Shown: positions 11,201-23,655, counted from the first letter of the stretch. The stretch: DNA of 64,000 nucleotides from Selaginella moellendorffii (GCF_000143415.4 NW_003314337.1:850711-914710); one strand, 5' to 3'. Translations and numbers: made by a program. The notes: generated by a model not told the origin, from the letters alone.

Positions 11201-13915
11201 CAATGGAGTTTGTCACCGCAACACACGGGACACCCTTGAGTAGTGCGGCTCGAAAGAATAGTCCGCCGCAGTTGTACTCGACAACGCATTTGCCCTTGGA
11301 GTCACCCGCTATTGCGTTGAAGACCCAGCTGAGCATTTCCCATGCTGCACCTGGAGCTTTCTTTGGATTCGAAAGCTCCATAGCCGTCTTTAGTTCCTCA
11401 GGCACGGGTAAATTGACCTCCCTCAGATCAATTCGATCGGCCTTGTCGAACGAAGCTGGGAAGTCACTCCAGTCCCACTCTGCTGCAGGACCAATAACAA
11501 GGGCGAGTGTGAAGATGCGGACATTCGTCGGTATCTTCTTCTTAGCCATTATACCATGGATCTCCTGCATCTCCTTGCCTTTCAACCGAGCCTTCACCTC
11601 GTTCAAGGCCTTCCAGAACTTGTGATAGGATTCGGAGTCGTAGATCATATAGTGGACTGAAGATTCCACCTCCGCAAGTCCCACCATTAAGTCAATGATG
11701 GAGCTGACTTCGTCTGCATGAGTGATCTCCTCGTTTGTGAAGTCCATCACACAAAAGATGTTCTTGACCTGCTCATCTCCGCGGGAAACGATGCTCCTCC
11801 ACCTTTGATCCTCATCCAAATTCACGTATACCCGGTAAGGTTCTCGATAGGCCTCTGCTGCGGGGTCGAGCTGTTTCTGAAGCCGGCGGTCGACATCCCT
11901 CTTAATGAAATTTGGATACTGATCCAACTTCTCAGCTTTACTTTTCGTGGCATCCCGCAGCAGATCGATGAACTTGGGGGCCCCCTTCATGTAGTCGTCG
12001 ATGTCTTCATTTGACAACTCCAGCTCTTCCATCATCTCTTGCGTGGTGTCGATGCTCACCCTCTCCACGGCCACTTGCTCGAAGATCCAATCCTTCAATA
12101 GCGCACGAGCTCTCAGAGTCGTGCACAAGTCCTCGTATGTCACAATATGGCTGGGAGTCATTTTGGTCTTGTTGAAGCCTACCTCACCACGTAGAAGGGC
12201 ATTAGCCACTGTCAGAAGGTCGTCGTCGTCTAGAGACCGCGAGAAACGCAAGGCGTTGAGCTTCAAATCATTGGGCTTCCGGCCGTCCTCCACACCCATT
12301 GAGTTTAGCAACTCCCCGTCATGGTACTTCCTCAGCACATCTACCCATTTGTCAAAAACAACTTTTGTCGCGAGTAGAATGTTATGGATGCTGAGTGTGT
12401 CATTGACCCCCAGTGTTTTCGAGAGAAGACTCGAGAATTCCTGCAATGGAAATGGCGTGAGGCCACATGCTATGCCACATGCAACGAGGCTTACCTGCCA
12501 GGCGCTAGTTGCTAGTGCACGTCCTTGTCCTGGTTTTTGTGGCTTCTTCAGTTGAACCCAGAGCTTCCGTGTTCGTGCCAATGTCTCGTGCAGACCCGAT
12601 TTGTAGCACGTTTCTTGCTTGACATTCTGCGCGTGGGAGATGTATATGATAGATCGGAGGGGCGAGTTGCCTTTTATCAGGCGGACAACTCTTGTCTTGA
12701 AGACTTTCTTCACCTCCTCGCCCACCATAATATCCACAACTATCTGTTGCATCGCCAAGCTAGAATGCTGCCCGGAGACGGCATAGAACCGGACGTTCTG
12801 ATCGTCCAACACCTTCCTATTGATCAAGTCTGGAAACCTCGTCTCGCCCTTCATTGTTCGGTAGTAGGGGATCACGTCTGCGATGTCGGGTGTTACTGGA
12901 CTTGCCAGCATCTTCTGCTTCAGTTTCTCCACCCACTCATCAGATACTAGCCTGTGGTTGTATTTGCTTTGGATCTCGATACGGCTCACGTCGATTGTAT
13001 ATACTTTGTTGGAATAGTAACAAGTACTATTATCTGCGACGATTTTTGCTGCCTCTTCTTGCTCTTTCTGCTCTTTGCGGCTCTTCTTTTTGGTGGGTGT
13101 AGTGTTCGAACCCGAGGCAATGGCATCACCGAGTAGCTTCTTTTTTGGAGCAGCAGAGTCGGACGTCGGCTTGAGCTTGACCACCCTTTTCTGCTTCGGG
13201 GTAGTTTCCAGATCGACCCCCTTCCCCTTCGCTTCGCAAACTGGAGGCACTCTCAACGGCTCAATGTTGGAATATAGTTTTTGAACATCGCCGTAGGTGA
13301 GGTCCGTGGATTCCATGTGATCTTCATAGACCCGCAGCGTCTTTGAAATTGTGGGCCTCCTGGACAACCTCTCCCTAGCTCCCTCTAGGAATTCCTCATA
13401 GACGCTGCCCCCCTCCGGGAAGCCGCTAGGATGTGCAAGGTGGATCTTGAAGGCGGACGCTGTCTCTACCACAAGTGCCAGTCCATATTCTTGCATGGAA
13501 CTGCATGGAGTGTCTGTCACTTGGATGAGGATCCCCATGCATTCTTTTCTCCCACCATCTGTGTTGTACAGCATCAGATCCTCGCCTTCCATCCCGAAAT
13601 TCCAACTGGTGAGCTCCTCCCCCTTCTCTGCATCCACATTGACAGTGGCTGGAAGAAGAACGCAATTCCTCGCCTGTTCAGAAATGCACAACAATTAGAG
13701 CTGACAGATGAAAAGCTAGCAGCTGGAAATAACGTGAGGCCACACGCCATTCACCACTGCATCAGATGTCTTGAGGCTGCATCCTAAGATGGCGTGAGGC
13801 TACACGCCATCTGTAACCGGACTGCACTCGAGAGCCCAATCGGTGCATGCCAATGTTGCTACTGAATGGCATGTGGCCTCATGCCATTTTCTACTTGGCC
13901 TAAAAGACTTACCAT
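8286..13915 (-). CDS. Predicted 11-exon transposon accessory gene (~1,644 codons, one internal TGA at 9138-9140): ParB-like + degenerate N4/N6 DNA-methyltransferase-like + acidic disordered linker + FCP1/NIF-type HAD phosphatase-like
   Basis: Exons are 13915-13913, 13673-12495, 12440-11132, 11081-11007, 10950-10879, 10829-10686, 10638-10057, 9999-9985, 9935-9828, 9780-9196 and 9148-8286. All introns are GT-AG and the frame is maintained. Motifs, recognised by eye, are FYAVSGQHSSLA, KCVVEYNCGG..RAALLKGVPCVAV, IVFDLNGVL, VWTS and LIIDDSPIK. Confidence 0.7.
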
Positions 13916-14104
13916 TAGAAGCCGAATGGAGGCCGTGACAATCGAGGCCGGACTCGCTGGCGAATGTGCACTGTGTGTGCAGCGGATCGTAGCAGCAAGG
14001 CTACTCTGCCACTTACAGTTGGAGAGTGGCGCTGAAATCTCCCGGGACGCCAAGTGGGCTGCGTGTGGGTGGCGGAGTGGGCGGCGGAGTTGGCGGCGAA
14101 GTTA

Positions 14105-14305
14105 CAAAAGTGGACGCCGATGCACACGAGCGCGATGCGAGCGCGAGTGTGATGCAAGCGCGAGTGGACGCCGATGCACACGAGAAACCTGTAGAGAAGG
14201 CGCGAATGTGAGCGTGATCGCGAATGTGAGCGTGATCGCGAGTGGGAGCGCGATGCGAGCGCGAGTGTGATGCGAGCGCGAGCGCGAGTGTGCGAGCGCG
14301 AGTAT
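14105..14305 (+). repeat. CpG-rich degenerate minisatellite (GCGAGCGCGAGTGTGAT-like)
   Basis: Directly visible short repeats just upstream of the accessory gene ATG. Confidence 0.75.
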
Positions 14306-15518
14306 GAAGCAAAATGCAAAACCTAACCTCACACGCGCGAAATGTCACAACGGTTGGTAATCCCGCCACGTCATCATTCCTCGGACTTGGGCGCCACCAT
14401 TAATTTCTGGATTGCCGCGCGCATGCAAGCACGCAAAATCCAAAAGAAATCCGCAACGTCATCATTCCTCGGACTGCATGCACGCGAAATCCAAAAGAAA
14501 GATCATGATTGGGATATCATTTAATACCCTCGCTATATTTATACCATGCATGATTGGATATTCCAAAGCATCTTGTATTTCCAAAAATGGCAGATGTTCA
14601 GCTAAATAAAGAAATTCTATCTGTTTCTATTTTTCTCTCAAATCAATATTATAGCGTGTGGGCTCATGCAATTTTGAACCAAAGAAACCCAAAAAACGTT
14701 GGACCCAAAATATTTTGAAAAAACCCAAAAAACCCTAAACATTTTAAACCCAAAAACCCAGGCGTCCTGTGGCGTTATTCCTTGAATGGCGTGTGGGCGC
14801 ATGCCATTTTCAGGGCCAAATGCTGAATGGAGAAAAATTCCCTTTCAGTGCAAATGCTGCAAGAGGCAGATGCCAAGCACAAAGGACTGTAACTACCTCA
14901 CATGACACAGATAAACTTTTCTCTATTTGGCAAAGATAAACTTTATAGCGTGTGGGCTCATGCAATTTTGAACCCAAAAAATGCACCAAAAAATTCTCGG
15001 CGTCATCTGGCGTTATCTCTTGAATGGTGTGGGGCCGCATGCCATTTTCAGGGGCACATAGGAGTATATTCCTAGAATATTCTGACACGCGCGAGATTTT
15101 TTTGAGTTTTCTGGAGATCCAACCGTTAGATCGCAACTAGATTTTACAGAATGGTATACAATGTCTTTCTTGATGACTCTGCAAAGAAGCATCTCGATCG
15201 GACACCACATGAGACCACACGAGCCTTACAATGTTTCAGGGGCATTTGCCATAGATCCGACCATTATTTTTCTCCAAGATTTTACAGTTTGGTGTGCATT
15301 GACCTTTTCATCGACACTGCAAAGGGACATCACAATCAGATGCGGGATCACAAGAAACTAACTTCACTAACTCTGGTTTCACCAAGATCTACGTAAGGAG
15401 TTATGAAATGAAAGGACCCTCTCTATTGAAATGTGTTTATGGTCCTAGGGGCATTGTGACATATCAAAGGATTTTGCATCAAGTTTTGTATTTGCATGTT
15501 TATCAAGCTACTGAATTG

Positions 15519-15552
15519 CTAAACCCTAAACCCTAAACCCTAAACCCTAAAC
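15519..15552 (-). repeat. Interstitial telomeric repeat (CCCTAAA)n, ~5 units
   Basis: Directly visible. Confidence 0.9.
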
Positions 15553-16708
15553 ATGTGGCAAATGCTGCGTGAAGAAAGATGCCCTTTCTGGGCAAATGCT
15601 GTAAGAGGCAGATGCCGAGCAGATGTATCTCAGGCTAGCAAAGGGGACAAACGAAAGCTAGCTATAAACATGACGGGATGCAAATAGATTACTAGGCTGG
15701 TCCTACGAAAATCAAAAACCATAATTGAAAACATTGAAAATGCAAAAAGAAAGGTTTATAATATTTTTGAATTTTAAGCAACCAAAGGAATGTAAGTAGG
15801 GCATGTGTTTGTAAGTTTAAAAATGCCTCAACCACTTAAATTCCCAAGTAAATAAAGCTGTTTCTATTTTTGGTACAGGTAAACTTTATAGCGTGTGGGC
15901 TCATGCAATTTTGAACCCAGAAATGCACCAAAAAATGCTCGACTAGCATTATTCTTTGAATGGCGTGTGGCCTTATGTCGAGCATTATTCTTTGAATGGC
16001 GTGTGGCCTTATATTGCCATAAATGGACGTACACACACAGCATAATTATTCCTTTACACGTCGAATAATCTTGGCGCGGATCGCTGACATGGCATGGCAA
16101 AGTTCGAATCACTGATATGGCACAGCTGGATCGAGGCAAGGACATGATGTGACAAAGTTCAACCTCCGACAGCAAAGTCTAGAAGCTACTCAGTTTGAAA
16201 TTTGTCAGAGGAATCATAAGATCTGGTTTGTCAGAGGATTTGATGTGACGTTCAAGCGTGTGTTATTTTTGAATTCTCGAACTCATTCCTAGGTCTATCA
16301 TTTTTGTGCGCCGTGTTCTTGGTTCCGCTGAGCGCAGTGAGCGCTGCTTGTGTAAGCGGCGTTGTGGGCTGTGGTTTATGCGTCTACGAGCGGTTGCGGC
16401 ATTGTGAGCGCCATTGCGAGCGGCAGTTTATGCGAGTGGCAGTTTGTGTGAGCGGCGCTACGAGCAGTTGCGGTGTTGCGAGCGGCGCTACGAGTAGTTG
16501 CGGTGTTGCGAGCGGCACTGTCTTTGGTGTGGCTACCGCTTCCTCTTGATATTCGGCACTTGTGCTTCCTGGTATGTTCACCATGGAATGGCTTAGGACC
16601 ACATTTAGAAATGGCATGAGGCCACATGCCATCTTGGGCCCTTGCAATTTCATGGCTAGCGTATTGTCATGTATGTTTTTACTTGCCTGCAGCTGTGTGT
16701 ATATCAAG

Positions 16709-16900
16709 ATGGCATGAGGCCTCATGCCATCTTTAGCCCCTACTAGCCTATTGCCATATTCCTTTTGCCTTGCTGCAACTGTATATATTTTTGTATGGGT
16801 GACTAGTCACGCACACAAAAATATATACAGTTGCAGCAAGGCAAAAGGAATATAGCAACAGGCTAGCAGGGGCCAAAGATAGCGTGAGGCCTCATGCCAT
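16709..16900. repeat. 192-bp near-perfect palindrome upstream of the transposase
   Basis: It is centred on GTGACTAGTCAC; the arms ATATTCCTTTTGCCTTGCTGCAACTGTATATATTTTT and AAAAATATATACAGTTGCAGCAAGGCAAAAGGAATAT are complementary. Confidence 0.92.
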
Positions 16901-17085
16901 TAGTGCCACTAATGGCATGAGGGCTCATGCCAATTTTGTGAATGCGAAATTTCACGTGGGTGTCAATAGCATGTTTGAATAATGGCATGTGGCCTCATGC
17001 TATTGAGGTTGTTTGGTATGTTATGATTTAGGCCATTCTCCAATCATTTTTTGTATGGTCTTAACTTCTTTTCTGCACTTTCAGA

Positions 17086-20000
17086 ATGGCTTTCAGGGTT
17101 GGGGAAAAGGTTTACATTTTGAATGGTGGGAAGAGAGTTGCAAAAGGGACCCTTGTGTCTATGGATCGGAACTTTGTTATACACTGTCAAAGGCTTGGGG
17201 AAGGCAATGCTGCTGTATCAGTAGAGACTGTCTTCGATGGGAATGTGGTTGCTATTGAACGAGGAGAGATGGTCGTCGGGGTAAATGTTGTTGTTGCCTT
17301 GAAAAATCTTCAGAAGAAAGCAGATGTTGGGGACAGCGCAAGTGCGACGCATGTTCCCTCCGTGGATCTTAAGAACCGTGCTACATGGATTCAGGCAAAG
17401 GTGTTTCTAAACAACCCCGAGGGGGAGGTGGTAGCTGAGGGCTTAGCCACAGTTGTCGATCCAAGAGATGCGGTTGCTAATCAAGAATTGGGCTGGGATG
17501 ATATTGGAGTTGCGATTTTAGAGGTTGTTGACACAGAAGAAAACAGTCTGACTATTGGAAGCATTGTGCGGTGGAAATTGAGGCACTTAGTGTTTGAGAA
17601 TGTGAAGGATTCACAATCAAACACCACTACAACTGATGACAGAACATCTCTTCATGGGAAAAGAAAGTACACCTTCCTAAAGCGCAGCCAAAGGGATCTG
17701 AGCAACGAACCGAAAAGGCAGAAAATGGCGATGGAGGTTCGAATGGTCTCAACAGTTGCTTGTTGCAAGAGGAGGTGCTGTCAACATGCTGATTGGGATG
17801 CTATTGAAGAGGAGAGAGCAAGATACAAGACATTGTCCTGGAAGGCAGCTCGCAATTTTGTGTATGAGGCATTACGGTCATCTGTTGATGCTTCAGAACA
17901 TCAGGTGGGGGGCATGGTCTTCCAGAGGGGTTTGGTCTGCATGAAGGCATGGAGAATCATTTATGGAGTCCCTCGAAGCACATTCTACAGAATCAAAACT
18001 GAGTTCGAGGAACAAAGGGTTCAACAGGCAGTCCATGGGAACGACGGTACGCACAAAACCAGGGGTCATGTTGTATATGGAGAGGCAATCTTCAAGAGGT
18101 TTGTCGAGACATGTAGCGAGCAGCAACCACATAAAACCCGCCTCTTGGAAGATGGAACACGAGACACCCAACGAGTTCTCCCTTCCATGTATACCAAGGG
18201 GGCCATATTGGAAGATGTGAATCGGGAACTCCAGAGTAATGGCTACAGGAAGCTGAGCCAATCTAGATTTAGTAGATTGTGGAGCAACAGGTTCAGGGAT
18301 GTGAGTATAGGAAAGTACTCCAGCTTTTCAAAGTGTGACGAGTGCACTGCTATCAAAATGGCTTTGTCGAAGAATTCTTGCAGCGCTCAAGAGCGAGAGA
18401 CGTTGGTTAGAAGGCGGCTCGACCACAACATCGAGCAGAGAAGCTGCAGGACTGCATATTATCATAACAGGATTCTCTCCATGGAGAGACCTGACTCTTA
18501 CCTCTGCATCATCCACGACAAAATGGACCAGAAAAAGACGTGCTTACCTCGACTCAATCCTGCCCCCAAGGCAATCTCTTCATCCATGCAGCTGCCTGTG
18601 TCTCTGTTTGGCATAATCGCTCATGGGCATGGTGCCCAGAACTATGGGAACTTCTTTGTACCTCTATGGGGTGGCGGGGGTGCAAACATGATGATTGCGT
18701 CCCTAGCAAAACACTTAAGGTCTCTGCAAAGTGCGCAGACTGAGCTGAACGGCCAACCCTTGCATAAGGCCCTTGTCGATCGAACCCCATACAGGGTTCA
18801 GCTGGAGGAGGAGCAAAGGCTTGCAGTATCGCGTGGGGCCCCATGCCATCCCAGTGAATATGTTGGCCGTCAGATTGTAGGGTTATCACGTGAGGCCTCA
18901 TGCCATTCCGACGAGGCTGGTCGCCCGGTGAATGCACAGCCTCATCCAAACGAAGCAGAATCTCAAGGAAGTTCTTGCGGCCGATGTGGCCTTCCACCCC
19001 ATCTTCTGCTCCAAACAGACAATGCTGGCAGTGAGAACAAAAACATGTACGTCTTCGCGTACTTGGCGATGCTTGTTGCCAAAGGCATATTTGAAACGGT
19101 TACACTTGGCTTTCTCATGGTTGGGCACACTCATGAAAACGTCGATGCCATGTTTAGTCACCTGGCAGAGTCCCTCCGGCGATCCAATGTCCTCACCCTC
19201 CCACAACTCTACGATGAATTCCAAAATTGCATCAAAGGCACTGTTGAAGCTGCACTTCTGACAGAGGTTCCAGACTTTAAGGGGTTTGTAAGAGGCTACA
19301 TCAGGGACGGATCCGAAATGCTAATTGGCCACTCCAAGCCTCTTCAGTTTCATTTCAGCATGCGTGACGGTGCTCCAGTGATGAGGTACAAGATGAGAGA
19401 ATGGGACACAGTGTGGCTGCCAGTGGACGGCATTGAACTCTTCAAGAGAGATCCCATAACTGGGGAACCTATGATTCCTCAGGGTTCCCCACGGCCGATG
19501 CACCCGGATGGACTCAAAGACCAGGAAAGTATAGTGGCCGGGATTAGACAGCATATTGCCTTCTGGAAGAGGGGGTTGGTGTTTGGTGGAGAATCCTATT
19601 TTTAGAGGTGCAAGCCTTTGCTCGAATACTGGGAGAAGATTATATTTGCTATCCAAAATGGGCCGGTTGTATATGAAGAATTGGAAGAGTCCTTTTGGCC
19701 AGAACCCAGAGCACCAGATAGTAGCGGAACAATGTCCTTTGGAAATGCAGTGACAGATAACGATGTTGAGGATCATTATTGTGGGCCGAGGAACAAGAAG
19801 CCGGATTCAGCATTCAATCCAGTACAGGTCTGCAAAGGAATGGTCGTGCTTGTCAGACCCAGTAATAAAAAACAAATGATATGGGTGGGGCGCTGCATCA
19901 CTGATGCAGAGGAGGACGCAGAAACTAACTCCTTCAATGTAACTGTGGAGTGGTTCAAGCCAAGTTCCGGATATACGAAGGATTGCCTAGAAAAGAGATG

Positions 20001-20154
20001 GGTGTTGAATCCAAGGGATCCCAGCATGAGCATATTGGTGGATAATGTTGTGCATGGTTGGATGCGGAAGCAGAGTGCCACCATCACCTTGCCAGACCAT
20101 GCAAGAGATGCAGCAAGAGCATTCATAACCCGGGTTCAAGGTGAGATTCATTAA
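17086..20154 (+). CDS. Sola-like DDD transposase; one in-frame TAG at 19603-19605
   Basis: It has a KCDEC zinc motif and the motifs IIHDKMDQ, QTDNAGSENKN and FLMVGHTHENVDAMFS. ORF 19618-20154 continues in the same frame. Confidence 0.85.
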
Positions 20155-21728
20155 TATTCCTTTACTAAGTTTCTAATGTATTTTATTTCAAGGTGAACAA
20201 TCCGAATCTAAATCAGAGGAGGCGTGATGGCATGTGGCCTTACGCCATTCCTAGGTGAGATGATACAAATAACAAGTATAAATTCTTAGTTGTTCTAGCA
20301 AATCTTACTTAAAGTTCAAGGTGAACAAGCCAAATATGAATTCATCGGATTGTTATAACAAATTGCGAGGTGATGGCATGAGGCGATACGCCACTTGAGA
20401 GTGGTAGCCATTCTTATATGAGGTGAGTGAAATATTTATTAGAAATACCTCATTCAATTGTGCACTTCTAAGTCTTGGTCCACTCAGTACTGTTTGCATG
20501 TTTTTATTTTAATTCTTTATCTAAAATGTTATTTAGCATGTGGCTTCATGCCATTGCTCTCCACAATCATGCATTGAATTTTTCTATCCTTGCATAATAC
20601 TTCTCCATATATATAGCATGTGCGCACATGTGATATGGTTCATTAGGCCTGATATAGTGTGTGAGGTAAAACAAAGATGATGTGATATATGCATTTACCA
20701 ATCACACGTGCATAAATCTAATAATATGGTGTGTGGCCAATATTAATGGCACATAAACCCATATTGTGGGCTTACGTGCTTTATGTACCATCATTCCCTC
20801 TCAGCGTGTGTGTTGGTTTCCTTTTATAACACAACGAACTCCATATTTTAGGGTGAAGAGTGTTCTCATGGCAAGCACAAAATCTGTAAGTGAGGCAGTA
20901 GAATATATAAGTCTTCCAAACTCCCCGTACTATACTCCAGGTGATCATTTTTCTGAACAAACGGCAACATTAACAACTATCGAGAACGCCCCAGTAACGT
21001 CAGAGACAACAATCCAAAGCAAAACAACTGACCCGGAGAAGGATGATAGTACCGCTGAGAGTACCAAAAAGGAGGTGTCCACTAGCGCTTAGGCTTATAA
21101 TGGCGTGTGCCCTCATGCCATTTACTTGATCACCAAATACCTTTTTCCCTTTGCACTAGTATATCTTAATACCGGTCTGAGAAATAGAATGGCATGTGCC
21201 CTCAGGCCTTTTACTAAATCACCTTTGAAAGAAATGCAAGCCTCTATGTCGTAAAAAAAAGGTACTAGAGAAATTCCTTAATAATATGAATGTTATTTAG
21301 TTTCATGAAAATACACTAAGGGTCAAATGAGTTAAACGACTTCTCCAGACTAGCAATGCCTCTTGCTACACCTTCACAATTAGATTCGTTAGAAAAAGAT
21401 AACATTGAATAATATCTAAATGTTCTCACCATTAAGTTATATATCTAGCTAATAGGAATGACGTTCATCTTGGAAAGCTCACCACACGCTCAATGAACAA
21501 ACAAATAATGTGTGCGTGCATGCCATCGCTCTTCTTTAGCTTCAGATTCGGCTTGTTCACCTTGACAATGAGATTTATTATACAACCAGATGGACTCAGT
21601 CTGGACACAAAGTCACCGCGCTAGTCACCATGCCCCAGATATGTCTAGCCCCTGGACAAAAAACATATAATTTCATGTCATTTTCAAATACTTGAAAATT
21701 TGTACCTAGTCCCATTTTACTGAATAAA

Positions 21729-21752
21729 TCCCACTTTAACGAAATAGAGCTT
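21729..21752 (-). repeat. Right terminal inverted repeat
   Basis: Reverse complement of 7857-7880. Confidence 0.95.
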
Positions 21753-21756
21753 AATT

Positions 21757-22136
21757 CCCGCTTAGGGGGAATCCACCTGACCGCCATTCCTACTGTTCGA
21801 GGGAGGACCGGCTGGAAGCCATCTCCTTCGACATCCGTAATAGGTCCCTCGAACAGTTTGGGCTGTGAGGATGAGCCCAAGAGTGGTGGGGCGACCGGGA
21901 AGCGAATGTGGGGAGCTTGGTCCGGAGGGCGTGCCTTCAAGATCCGCTCCTGCTCTGCAGGTAACTCAAACGGCTTCTGGGATGCCAACCTGTTCCGCTT
22001 GACTGAGCAGGCCTCCTCCCGGTGTCCAGCACGCTGACAAAAGTTGCATCTAGGTTCTGAGTTCTCCGTTTGGATCCTGATGTACTGGCCCAGCACTGCG
22101 ATCTCTGTCGGGATTTCAGCCGGGGCTGACACGACC
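21757..22136 (-). CDS. LINE ORF1, zinc-knuckle part (5'-truncated)
   Basis: CNFCQRAGHREEAC is a CX2CX4HX4C knuckle; the segment ends at the TSD at 22137. Confidence 0.85.
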
Positions 22137-22152
22137 AATCCGGCGAGATCGC

Positions 22153-23655
22153 TGAACGTGTATGTACATTCCCCATGTCCCAATGGGACTAATACAAAAA
22201 ATGGGCATGCCGCCCTCTCCATGAGCTACTCTACGTGATCCTCATATGCCGCAGCTAGACCTAGTCCTGGAGTAGAAGTGGACGTGGTCATCTGGAGCGA
22301 ATCATGTCGATGTCCAAGTCTCCCCCACGAGCTGACCTTAGAACAGAGTCTGGGGGGCGCCATTGCCAGCGAATCTCGCCACCTCCCAATTTGCCGAAGC
22401 ATGGGAGCCACCTAGATCTCCACTCCTCGAGCTGCCTCGGTTTCGCCCGCTCTTTCAGGATGGTGTAGTGAAGACGCACCGCTGCAAGAGTGAGTCTCCA
22501 CCATGATGCCACCACTGCCGATATTCTCGCTTGTTGCCCATCAAAGCGACAGTGGTTCCGCGCCTCCCAAAGTGCCTGCAGTCCTGTTGCCCTCCAAATG
22601 GACCAGCGCTCTTGGCCCAACACCTCCCAGATGGACATCCCAACTTCAGCCCCTGTCACGTCCCACCGGACTCGCATGTTCCATCGGTGCCGTCCGTAGC
22701 AGCGAATACGCCTCCAAGCTGGACCAATGGCTGGGCCTCTAGCTCCCTCAAACCAGTGGAGGATATCCCCACTCCGAGCCTCAAACTCTGGAATGTCTCC
22801 GAGTTCCTGCGTCGCCTTGAAGATCTGTCGCCAAACTTCTCTCGCCACGTCGCATTCCCATAGGACATGTCGCGCTGTCTCCAGCTCGCCACACTCCTTG
22901 CACCGTCGGCATGCTTCTTCCTGGAACCGCTGTCCTACCGGCAACCCGTTATTTGCCACCAACCAAGAGGTGGCCTTGACTTTCTCCTGTACCGGTAGTT
23001 TCCAGAACGCAAGCGTGTTGCCCACCACCTGATTTGCTTCAACTCCTTGCTCGATCCATTTCTTCCAGAGCTTGGGGATCTCCCCTCGGGCCTCCTCCCT
23101 ACTGGTCAAGAGACCATCCCTTGCTTCCTTGACGCCGAAGGAGAAAAAGCTCCTCGCTCCTCGTTTCCATGCTGCGGGGTCCCAATCCAGATCCTCGATG
23201 AGCTGCTGTCGCCACCATCTAAGAATGCCTTCCCCCTCTAGTGCGGCCAACGATTGAACCACCACCGATTGTTTCGGAGCCTGTCGTATTACTCGAATCC
23301 TACCCTTGACCTCGTCATCCGTCACCATCGGCATGACCTGTTCGTCCCCTGCTGGCAACAGCATGTCGCCTCTCAAGACTCGAAAAGGACGCCCAACATT
23401 TTGGTCTGGAGACACAACGAACCATACCTCCACATCCCTGTCCTCCCAAGCTGGTGTTGGGGCCGTAAACGCCCGTGTCCAGGCCCCCAAGCTAACTCGT
23501 TCCCTGTCTGACTCCACGTCCCGTTGCAGAGCCACAAAGTCTCCAGATTTGAGACAACGCCTAGGCCAAAGCTGCCCCTGCTTCGCCTCACTCACTGCTC
23601 TGATAATGCGAAGAAGATCAAGGTGGACTTTCCTCCACCGTACCGGGTTAAAGAC
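22153..23655 (-). mobile_element. LINE-B, 5'-truncated copy (1.5 kb)
   Basis: Near-identical to 2991-~4493; TSD-flanked. Confidence 0.95.

Larger units (their letters stand above)
8230..21210. promoter_or_regulatory. About 30 dispersed copies of the imperfect palindrome ATGGCRTG-N6-CAYGCCAT
   Basis: Approximate starts include 8230, 9307, 9382, 10648, 10839, 10980, 12452, 13729, 13789, 13867, 14786, 15024, 16611, 16709, 16879, 16912, 16982, 20227, 20372, 21100 and 21189. A regulatory function is inferred. Confidence 0.75.
7857..21752 (+). mobile_element. 13.9-kb TIR DNA transposon, Sola1-like
   Basis: It has perfect 24-bp TIRs AAGCTCTATTTCGTTAAAGTGGGA and an AATT TSD (7853-7856 and 21753-21756), fitting the AWWT preference of Sola1. 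It encodes a DDD-type transposase, and excising it restores LINE ORF1. Confidence 0.88.
2991..22136 (-). mobile_element. L1/Tx1-like non-LTR retrotransposon copy LINE-A (~5.2 kb net), 5'-truncated within ORF1 and interrupted by a DNA transposon at 7857-21752
   Basis: It has an APE-RT-CCHC ORF2 and a zinc-knuckle ORF1, with TSDs at 2975-2990 and 22137-22152. Confidence 0.93.
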
